DNA of 64,000 bases from a virus (taxonomy: Duplodnaviria > Heunggongvirae > Uroviricota > Caudoviricetes), in the IMG/VR virus record IMGVR_UViG_2862035965_000001. One strand, written 5' to 3'. The translations under genes and the position numbers were made by a program. Below are positions 38,824 to 46,816 of this stretch, one piece after another (the first letter of the stretch is position 1; every line of letters begins with the position of its first letter). Under the pieces are notes generated by a model. It was given only the letters and a program-made list of their open reading frames with translations. It was not told the DNA's origin and searched no databases.

Positions 38824-40347
38824 CTAAACACCTTCAATGCGCCTAAAGGCTCGCGCGACTTCTTTATCAAAGTGACCTTGGGCAAGATCACGCCAATGCG
38901 GAAGCTTCACCAACATCATGCGGAATGCTCGGGTGGTCTTATATTTACCCATAGCAGACAGCGGATCATCGTCTGTACCAGATAGCGCCTCTTCCCCCTC
39001 AGCGTAGACACGCGACTGCTCCACCCCTGCCTGGGCACGCATAAGTGCAATATCTTCCTGCGACAACGCTTCGATCAGCACAGTGCCATCGACAGCATTA
39101 ACCAAGCCGTTGTTAGCAGTCACCCGGAAATTCGGATCTTGAGCAAAGGCATGGACGCATTCATCATATGCGGCAGTGAGCTCATCTTCGAGTGAATCCT
39201 GCAGGATGCGGTCGAATTGATCAACCAGCATATCTCGTGACACCTTGCCTTCGGCATAACGCTTCAACTGCATGTCAGCGAGCTTATGTTCTGCATTCTC
39301 CTGATCATGGATGAACTCATCGTTGACCTCCGCTTCTTCTGCCAGAGACTTCTTTTCAATCTTCACGCCAGTAGCGACTGGAAAACCTTGTGAACTGTCT
39401 TCAAAATCATCATCAAAGTCGTCGTACTCTGATTCCATGAAGTCACGTGCGTTCATTACAGCTTCATTAGCCTCATCATAATCTGGCGCGTCATCGTACT
39501 CGTCTTTCGCAATCATCGTATCTACGATGTCCATGATTTCTGCCGAGTACACATCCATATCCAGGCGTGCAATATCTGAGTCATCAAGCCCAGTCGCCTT
39601 TTTGTAAATATCGACGGCACGCTGAGTACGAATCGACTGCGCCATACGCTTTTCCAGCATCGCCATAAAGTCCGGTGCATTTTGATTCACATCGAATTCA
39701 TTGGCGCTCGACAGTGTTGGGATAGTCTGCAACGAGTATTCGCGACCCGGTTGGATAATCTGGTTAGCAAACAGCATGAAACTCATCGGCCAAATCGTTT
39801 CATTGCGTGACCACACCGGATACTGACCTGCACGGAAAACAACGGCATTCTGCGATGGCAGAGTATTTAGGTCATTATAAGACACCACCGGCTCTTTCTC
39901 AGTTGCAGACGTATACGACACTTTGCCCTCGGTGCGCATAACTAACTGAGCCAAGTCACGGGTCACTGTCTTTGAGTTCCTGCGTACAACATGCCGTTCA
40001 CCTGACCAGTCCACCAACGTCTTAATCATTGTTTCGTCTGTGGATTTCAAGAAAATAATATTGGACGTGTTGTGGGTCGGGATCATATCGTCAGTGATGT
40101 AGAGATGGTCACGGTCGGCAATGCTGATGCATTGCACGGTGTCGCGACGAGAGAACTCTACAGAGACGATTTCGTTGTTTGCTGCCGGCACATCGAGGCG
40201 TGCCCGATCTGCTGGATCGAAGTTGTCTAAGATCTCTGGCGCCGGCGCTGTGACACCAGGTAGAAACACCCTATCCCCTCGTGCCAGCATCGCTTGAAGC
40301 TCTGCCGTGGTGACGATTCTGCGCTCGCCGGCAATTGTCTGCGTCAT
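38824..40347 (-). CDS. C-terminal half of the VirD4/TraG coupling protein, preceded by a split-intein C-fragment
   Basis: The first 93 aa end in intein blocks F/G (DTVQCISIADRDHLYITDDMIPTHN). They are followed by TSNIIFLKSTDETMIKTLVDWSG…EPVVSYNDL, the canonical TraG/VirD4 C-terminal region. Own RBS (GAAGGGG). Confidence 0.88.
   Translation of the reverse strand: MTQTIAGERRIVTTAELQAMLARGDRVFLPGVTAPAPEILDNFDPADRARLDVPAANNEIVSVEFSRRDTVQCISIADRDHLYITDDMIPTHNTSNIIFLKSTDETMIKTLVDWSGERHVVRRNSKTVTRDLAQLVMRTEGKVSYTSATEKEPVVSYNDLNTLPSQNAVVFRAGQYPVWSRNETIWPMSFMLFANQIIQPGREYSLQTIPTLSSANEFDVNQNAPDFMAMLEKRMAQSIRTQRAVDIYKKATGLDDSDIARLDMDVYSAEIMDIVDTMIAKDEYDDAPDYDEANEAVMNARDFMESEYDDFDDDFEDSSQGFPVATGVKIEKKSLAEEAEVNDEFIHDQENAEHKLADMQLKRYAEGKVSRDMLVDQFDRILQDSLEDELTAAYDECVHAFAQDPNFRVTANNGLVNAVDGTVLIEALSQEDIALMRAQAGVEQSRVYAEGEEALSGTDDDPLSAMGKYKTTRAFRMMLVKLPHWRDLAQGHFDKEVARAFRRIEGV
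40069..40347 (-). other. Split intein C-fragment (IntC, 93 aa, class 3 signature)
   Basis: Block F with Cys at F4 (TVQCISI) and His (DHLY); block G PTHN with Thr at G5; +1 residue Thr (ACG, 40066-40068). Confidence 0.88.
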
Positions 40348-40444
40348 ATTATAAACCCCTTCAATTAAATCAAGTAATTAATATACTAACTTAATTAAGT
40401 TTATTTTTTAAGATTTACTATGCTCTACGCAAACGCACCCAGAA

Positions 40445-40515
40445 TCACCATAAGCACCGTTTCCAGACGCAGAAACTAATTGAGCATATTGTAAAATATA
40501 GCTATGCTGACAATG
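40445..40515 (+). repeat. 71-bp direct repeat, copy 1
   Basis: 67/71 identical to 41553-41623 by manual alignment. Confidence 0.9.
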
Positions 40516-40574
40516 ATTCCGCCACAACCATCTACACAGCTGGTAGATAGAAGCGTTGAGAAGTGCTTTAAGTG

Positions 40575-41354
40575 TTAGCGATTAAAGCGCCCACAAATAT
40601 AACCAACAGCAAATCCAGCAAGAGCAGTTGTTGTTGCACTCTCGACAGGACGGGTGGCTATATCCTCGGCAGGACTATCGGGGCTATCAGCACTGCGCTC
40701 TTCAAGATCGCTATCATCTTTATCTTCGTCATGAAAATCAATGAGTATGCCATCAATAAAGTCATCCATGGTTGATGTGATGAAACTGGCGACTGCAATG
40801 AGCAGCAGCGCTACACACGTAATCCAAGCAGGTGTACCACTAGACGCATCAGGTGCGTTTGGAACGATGACTCCAAATGCAACACAGTAGACAACTCCAG
40901 GAATTAGTAGCCCATAAATAACAAATAGTACTGCATAAGCAATAGCAACACTGAGCCTAGAAGAAGTCTTGCTGACGTAAAGCGCCATGCGACGTGCAAT
41001 ATGCGCGAACTCATGGCGACCGTGCACTACTCTATACTTTGTTATCACCATGTAGATCACCAGGATTACTAAAGATATAATCATTGCACTGGAAGTTAGC
41101 CCTTCGGCCAATGGGAGTGGCGCAATCATCAAAGACAGCAACAGCGATCTAATTTTGCGAACGAATAATGTGCGTAACATGCTTCCTGCAATTTGCATAT
41201 TGCTGGGATCATCTTTGGTTCTATCGCGTCCACCCTTGGGGTAGTGGTCTTCAATTCTATTGGTATTAGTCACTGGACTTTTTTCTCCTTGTGTAAATGT
41301 TCCCGAAAATAGTAGATTCATCCCGCTTTTAGGAACGGTAATTAACTCTGTCAA
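40575..41354 (-). CDS. Multi-pass membrane protein with acidic tail
   Basis: About four hydrophobic helices plus a C-terminal hydrophobic segment; start uncertain (TTG 41354 or a downstream ATG). Confidence 0.65.
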   Translation of the reverse strand: MTELITVPKSGMNLLFSGTFTQGEKSPVTNTNRIEDHYPKGGRDRTKDDPSNMQIAGSMLRTLFVRKIRSLLLSLMIAPLPLAEGLTSSAMIISLVILVIYMVITKYRVVHGRHEFAHIARRMALYVSKTSSRLSVAIAYAVLFVIYGLLIPGVVYCVAFGVIVPNAPDASSGTPAWITCVALLLIAVASFITSTMDDFIDGILIDFHDEDKDDSDLEERSADSPDSPAEDIATRPVESATTTALAGFAVGYICGRFNR

Positions 41355-41552
41355 TGAAACTGTGAAGTAAAAGCAGTTTCAATAAAAGCACATCTATACG
41401 TGCTCTCACTATCACTGTGCGCGCATCATAAAAACGCGCAAGCACTATATAAATATCAACAGTTTCTACACAATAATCAGAAAACAATAAATAAGCTGGT
41501 CACCGCAGCAACTCACCCCACCCGGCCCCCTTTTCCCTCGCTGACACCGGAG

Positions 41553-41623
41553 TCACCATAAACACCGTTTCCAGACACAGAAACTAATTGAGCATATTGT
41601 AAAATATAGCTATGCCAACAATG
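41553..41623 (+). repeat. 71-bp direct repeat, copy 2 (promoter and first codons of the endonuclease gene)
   Basis: Contains TAAAAT (41600-41605) 6 nt before ATG 41612, the spacing of a leaderless transcript. Confidence 0.88.
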
Positions 41624-43432
41624 CTTATTGATACCCACCCACATCTTGCAGCACAACTTCTTGATCCTGATTTAGGCAAACTTCTTACCGCTGGCTCCAA
41701 CAAAAAGGTCCAGTGGCAATGCCCTGAGCACGCTGATCATATCTGGACAGCCTCGGTGAATAACCGAACCAATGCGAAGAACCCGCGCTGCCCATATTGT
41801 GCCAGCACGCGAGTATTAGCTGGATTTAATGACCTTGCCACCACTCACCCACATCTCGCTGTGCAGCTGGTTGACCAAGATATTGCCCTCACCATTTCTG
41901 CTGGTTCTGGCAAAAAGCAACTGTGGCAGTGTGCAGTAAACCCCAAGCACCAGTGGTTGGCTACGCCAAATAATCGCACGAGTACTAAATCTGCGAGTTC
42001 GGGTTGTCCCTATTGCGCAAATCGAGCAGTCTTAGTCGGTGACAATGACTTTGCAACAACCCACCCCGAACTTGCAGCGCAGTTAGTAGATCAATCTGCA
42101 GCGACAACCTTTACAGCCGGCCACAACAAGCCTGTTGAGTGGATCTGTTGCAAACATGAGCCACCATTTATCTGGAAAACCTCACCAATTTTGCGTGTAC
42201 GACAGAACACCCAGTGTCCTGTGTGCTCCGAACGAGCTGTGGCACCAACACTTAATGATCTTGCAACCACTCACCCTAAACTTGCCGAGCAAATCACAGA
42301 CCCTCAACCAAACGGCATGAGTGCCACAACTATTATCCCAACCATCAGTAGGGGCTCCCATACGCAATTAACATGGCAATGTTCTAAAAATCATGACCAT
42401 CAGTGGATCGCTACAGTGAAAGATCGAGTTCGCGGGACAGATTGCCCCACCTGCGCAAATACAGGGACATCACGTAAAGAAGCCGAGCTTGTTGAGGTCA
42501 TCCGAGCATTGCTCCCAAACACTGATGTCCAGCAAGGTGCGCTCATTAATGGGCGTACTGGTAATCGAGGTGCATCGCCATCAACCGATGTACTCATACC
42601 GTCCAAAAATCTCGCTATCGAGTTCAACGGCCTGTACTGGCACTCTGAGCTTTTCCTCAAAGATAAGCATTATCATGCGAACAAATCGGCTCTCGCAGAA
42701 CAAGCCGGCGTGCAGCTTATTCATGTGTGGGAGGACGACTGGAATCTTCGCCGCGACATTGTGATCCGCATGATCGCGCACAAGCTTCATGCAACCCATA
42801 ATCTCGGCACCGTCCTACCAGCAGAAACCACTGACCCGCGTGTGTCCACCACAGCCTTTGCCCGCACACTCACACCAACTGCAGTCTCTGGTTCACATGC
42901 TGCTGCATTCTTGAACAGGAACCATATTCAGGGTGCTGTCTCGGCCACCAAGCATCTAGCCCTGTGCGATAACAACGGTGACATTCGAGCACTACTATCG
43001 GTGCGCTCACCAAAAAACAATGCCCGCATGTATCGCAAAAAAGGCACATGGGAGATCCAGCGCTATGCGACACTCGGTAACGTCCCTGGCGGTTTTACTA
43101 GGCTGCTAAAGTTTGCCGAACACACACTCAACGAACACGGCACAGTGCTCAAACAATGGATCTCGTTTTCTGCAGCAGATGTCTCTGACGGTGGTTTGTA
43201 TCGAGCTGCCGGCTTTACTGCTGAGCAACAGCTTGCACCGGATTATCGCTATGTCGGTGGCGCAACAGGTTGGCGCCGAACACCCAAAGAAAGCTTCCAA
43301 CGCAAGCGATTTAGAGACGACCCAGCGTTGCTGTGGAACGAATCTTGGACAGAGCACGAAGCAGCGCTCAACAACGAGCTGTACAGAATCTACGATGCCG
43401 GCAAAACCCGGTGGGTTAAAAATGTTGCTTGA
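41612..43432 (+). CDS. Putative free-standing homing endonuclease: four Zn-ribbon repeats, a Vsr/DUF559-like nuclease and a Hef-like C-terminal domain
   Basis: Four THPxLAxQ…WxC…W…R…CPxC repeats (DUF4379-like); DVLIPSKNLAIEFNGLYWHS…LIHVWEDDW; FLNRNHIQG…GGFTRLLKF…GLYRAAGF…RIYDAG. Confidence 0.72.
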   Translation: MPTMLIDTHPHLAAQLLDPDLGKLLTAGSNKKVQWQCPEHADHIWTASVNNRTNAKNPRCPYCASTRVLAGFNDLATTHPHLAVQLVDQDIALTISAGSGKKQLWQCAVNPKHQWLATPNNRTSTKSASSGCPYCANRAVLVGDNDFATTHPELAAQLVDQSAATTFTAGHNKPVEWICCKHEPPFIWKTSPILRVRQNTQCPVCSERAVAPTLNDLATTHPKLAEQITDPQPNGMSATTIIPTISRGSHTQLTWQCSKNHDHQWIATVKDRVRGTDCPTCANTGTSRKEAELVEVIRALLPNTDVQQGALINGRTGNRGASPSTDVLIPSKNLAIEFNGLYWHSELFLKDKHYHANKSALAEQAGVQLIHVWEDDWNLRRDIVIRMIAHKLHATHNLGTVLPAETTDPRVSTTAFARTLTPTAVSGSHAAAFLNRNHIQGAVSATKHLALCDNNGDIRALLSVRSPKNNARMYRKKGTWEIQRYATLGNVPGGFTRLLKFAEHTLNEHGTVLKQWISFSAADVSDGGLYRAAGFTAEQQLAPDYRYVGGATGWRRTPKESFQRKRFRDDPALLWNESWTEHEAALNNELYRIYDAGKTRWVKNVA

Positions 43433-43446
43433 TTGTATACAACGAA

Positions 43447-43481
43447 AACAACCCCCTGAGGATAATCATCAGGGGGTTGTT
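43447..43481. terminator. Bidirectional terminator
   Basis: AACAACCCCCTGA…TCAGGGGGTTGTT between the convergent endonuclease gene and the VirD4 N-half gene. Confidence 0.8.
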
Positions 43482-43494
43482 CTGTTTCAACTCA

Positions 43495-46400
43495 TTATGC
43501 TGCGCTTGCTGCATCCTGCTCGGCAGGAACCACAATCACTTCCCACAAATGCTCATCACACGCCTCTGTGGTTGAGCCATCTTTACGTGTCACTGTGAAC
43601 ACGTCCCGCTCACCTTGTGGGAACACGCCGTCAATCTCGCTGACCGTTCCCTTTGGGGTAAGCACCTTCATGCCCTCTTCTGCTTCGCCCATCGTGACCC
43701 ATCCATCGGGTGTTGCGATCTTCGCCGTCAACGGCTGCGCATTACCTTGGAGAATCTTGTCTGAGGCTTCGCCATACACCTGCGTCAATTGCTGCAGTGT
43801 CTGCAGGATCAACGTAAATTGCTGTTCCTGACCCAAACCAATCGAAAGCATGGTTTCAAACCCTGCGATTCCGTGCCCTTCCGATTGCAAATTTCCCAAC
43901 TCATCCAACATGAACCGAGTCTTATAATCCGGCTTCTGGTTCTCGCGTGTCATATACGACGAGTCAAAATTCAGATCCACTAGCTGTTTGATAAGAATCA
44001 AAATCAACTTCGCATATTTCATAAGATGCGGAGGCGTTACGAAAAACACTGCCTTAGGCTTCTCCGAATACCGCACACTCAGAGCCGACACCGCATCAAC
44101 CATCGCATCAACCTGCTTGATCATGTCGTGACCAGGCATATTGATCTGCTCCTGCGTGAGCTGGTTAAGATTCAGTTTCTTCGTCTTAAACTGCACATGC
44201 CCTGGAACAAAGTCACCAGCATCGTTTTTCACCAGCTCAATCAGCAGACCATTCTTAATGATCTTCTCATCGGTCACCGGATCAGTAATAAACGCACGGC
44301 CTTTAAGGTTCGTTTGGTAGCCCTTGGTGAACTTGAAGAACAACGTCTTGATCAAAGTGCCAGAAGTGCCGTTGAGAATCCGCAAACGCAAGTACGCAGT
44401 ATTACTCGGGAACGAATCCTTAATATAAAACCGCGCCCAACCCTCAACCGACAACGTGTCATCATGAACAAAATTCTTACCCAACGGCTTGGTGAACTTG
44501 GCGTCACTGTAGGCATCCCATTTCACCTGTGATCCAACCAAGTTGTAGCGCTTCACATAGGGGGCTGCAAAACGAACACCCATGCGCCGTGGAAACGACA
44601 ATCCGGCCAAGTCAACATTCTGACTTAGTGTGCCTGAGGTTAACGTTGAAATTGTGGGGTCTGTAAAGAAGGACATCGCTGTAATCGCGATACCGTAGAC
44701 CGACGCGATCATTTTTTCAGCGCCACCCATTGCTTTCAGGGCCTTATCTGCGTTGCCTACCAAAGTACGAACACTGGACTTTGGCAGACCGTCTGTGGCA
44801 CTAAAGAACAAGGTGAGCATGTCTTTTTCTTTCTCACCCTCCCACAGAAACATTTCGTTCTCTTCGGCCTCTGTCACAGCATCCTGGAACATCATGGCTG
44901 CATTTTCATCAGTCTCTAAGTTACCGAATTCACCGGCACGTGCACGTTCATTAAGCCGCTCAACGGGGTTCTTCAGCTTCTTTGCCGAAAGCTGCACAAA
45001 GAGCTGGTAGCAGTTGTAGAGCGTTACTTTGCCCCACATCTGATCAATACGTGTATCGAGGACTTTGGCATCCCAATTCTCAGCTGCAGCCTGCTTGCGC
45101 ATCTCGCGCTCCTCTTCCAAATAGAAGTCGATAAGACCATAGGCTGCACGCTTGAAGGCATTGTTGGCCGCATTCGGCCATACCGGATCATCGGCACCGT
45201 CCACCGGAAAGAACACCTCTGCGATATTTTCCACATAGGTTGCGCACTTCATCCCGTTACCTTCGCGAGCTGCTTCGGCTGCTAATCCCAACGGGTTATA
45301 AATATCAGTTTTCAGGTTGTTAATCAGGTTAAACTGAACAACCTGAAAACCGCGCTTAGACATCCGAACATAATTTTTCTTCAGCAACTCGCCTTTAGGG
45401 TCGTTGATACACATATTGTTCGGTCGAGTTTCCCGTGTCCACATGTCGATCATTGGCTCAATGTAGGTCTGACCCTTACCTGCACGAGTCATAGCCAGCA
45501 CCAACGTGTTCACCGGAGCCTCATCGACGACATAGGCGCCAGCTGGTCGCTGCGGCTCATAATCGGGGAATTCCCAATCCTCATTGATGTGCTGCGCAAC
45601 AGTATCCTGCTTACCAGTCTTGTCGCGATTACTACCGCCAGGGTTCCATTCAATCGTTGTCGGATTAAAAAACCGTCGCAGCTCAGGAAGGTTCGGCACG
45701 TCTGACTTATCAAAAATCGAGTGACTAAATTCGTTGTCAATCATCGGCAAACTCTTAGTCACCGGCTGTCCTGCATTGTCATAGAGCACCTCACCCTTTT
45801 CGGAGACAATTTCACCGGTGTCGTTGTCGATAATTGTCTCCTGCGCAAACTGTGTCACATCCACCTTTTTCAAACCCTTATTCGACAACATCACATGAGA
45901 AATCATGCTTGAGGGCTGGACTGGTGAGTGTGCACCGACATCAGGGAACAAGCTCAAATCGCGCACAATCTCCTGCGGAATAGCCAAACGCGCGTCATTA
46001 GTGTGCTGGTTAATATCCGTGGTGTCCACAGCAACATTCTGAGTCTCTAACTGACGCATCATAGCTGCACGTGACATCGCATACACACCTGTTGCAATAG
46101 CAATCACAAACATCACCCGAATAAGACTGGTGTGCCCAAATAACAGCCAGCTACCCACCGAATTATCAATAGGTTCTGGTGCATCAAAGCCATGTTCTGC
46201 GAACACACTAGCTACATAATCGGCGTACCACACTGGCTCTTTAGGCACGCTACGTGTACAGTCACCAAAATTATTGCCAAATTCATCAAGCGGTTGGTAG
46301 CACGTGGTGTGAGCACTACTGGTGCCAATTTGCTGTTCGACGGCAACGTAATAGGGCCTCACACCAAGCTCATCGAAAAGCTCTTCATCATAGGGTGAGC

Positions 46401-46713
46401 TAGTATTCATCATTGTCTGGACCAAAAGCCCGATGCCGCCCCAGACCAACCACATCACGATCAGTACAAACACACCCAAAATTGCAGCGCCCACCTCAAC
46501 CCACATTGGTGAGCGCATTTCTCCAATTTCACCACGTGCTAATTGCTGCTCATTATGCACATCGCGGTTGCGGGCTTTATCTGTTACCCGCTGTTTTCGC
46601 AGCTGATCAAATGTGCGATCAGTCTGTTTCAGATCTTTGGTCCCACCACCTTTAAAGGTCTTGCCACCAGACACATTGTCATAGTCGCGTTTGCTTGAAC
46701 CAAATAACGCCAT
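43495..46713 (-). CDS. N-terminal half of the VirD4/TraG type IV coupling ATPase, ending in a split-intein N-fragment
   Basis: Two N-terminal TM helices, Walker A variant AMTRAGKGQT, INDPKGEL, YNPL, Walker B FMLDELGNL, SIGLG…ILQTLQQLTQVYG…ILQGN, then the intein N-fragment. Start placed at ATG 46713 (AGAAAGG RBS). Confidence 0.88.
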   Translation of the reverse strand: MALFGSSKRDYDNVSGGKTFKGGGTKDLKQTDRTFDQLRKQRVTDKARNRDVHNEQQLARGEIGEMRSPMWVEVGAAILGVFVLIVMWLVWGGIGLLVQTMMNTSSPYDEELFDELGVRPYYVAVEQQIGTSSAHTTCYQPLDEFGNNFGDCTRSVPKEPVWYADYVASVFAEHGFDAPEPIDNSVGSWLLFGHTSLIRVMFVIAIATGVYAMSRAAMMRQLETQNVAVDTTDINQHTNDARLAIPQEIVRDLSLFPDVGAHSPVQPSSMISHVMLSNKGLKKVDVTQFAQETIIDNDTGEIVSEKGEVLYDNAGQPVTKSLPMIDNEFSHSIFDKSDVPNLPELRRFFNPTTIEWNPGGSNRDKTGKQDTVAQHINEDWEFPDYEPQRPAGAYVVDEAPVNTLVLAMTRAGKGQTYIEPMIDMWTRETRPNNMCINDPKGELLKKNYVRMSKRGFQVVQFNLINNLKTDIYNPLGLAAEAAREGNGMKCATYVENIAEVFFPVDGADDPVWPNAANNAFKRAAYGLIDFYLEEEREMRKQAAAENWDAKVLDTRIDQMWGKVTLYNCYQLFVQLSAKKLKNPVERLNERARAGEFGNLETDENAAMMFQDAVTEAEENEMFLWEGEKEKDMLTLFFSATDGLPKSSVRTLVGNADKALKAMGGAEKMIASVYGIAITAMSFFTDPTISTLTSGTLSQNVDLAGLSFPRRMGVRFAAPYVKRYNLVGSQVKWDAYSDAKFTKPLGKNFVHDDTLSVEGWARFYIKDSFPSNTAYLRLRILNGTSGTLIKTLFFKFTKGYQTNLKGRAFITDPVTDEKIIKNGLLIELVKNDAGDFVPGHVQFKTKKLNLNQLTQEQINMPGHDMIKQVDAMVDAVSALSVRYSEKPKAVFFVTPPHLMKYAKLILILIKQLVDLNFDSSYMTRENQKPDYKTRFMLDELGNLQSEGHGIAGFETMLSIGLGQEQQFTLILQTLQQLTQVYGEASDKILQGNAQPLTAKIATPDGWVTMGEAEEGMKVLTPKGTVSEIDGVFPQGERDVFTVTRKDGSTTEACDEHLWEVIVVPAEQDAASAA
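43498..43740 (-). other. Split intein N-fragment (IntN, 81 aa, Ala1, class 3 signature)
   Basis: Block A AQPLTAKIATPDGWVTMGE, N2 GMKVLTPKG, block B TTEACDEHLW (His B10, Trp B12), then a stop codon 15 aa later. Confidence 0.88.
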
Positions 46714-46816
46714 TGTCCTTGCCTTTCTGTTGATTATTGCTATACAAATGCCCGCCACACAATTTCTTATGTGGCGGGCATCAACCTGACTACTTTGGAA
46801 CCCACAATGCGATCTT

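Noticed and set aside
38824-46713. Explaining the two VirD4 ORFs as a simple pseudogene broken by an insertion
   Set aside because: Both halves are intact, keep every class 3 splicing residue, have their own RBSs, and rejoin exactly at a conserved extein motif. This pattern is unlikely under neutral decay, although function remains untested.
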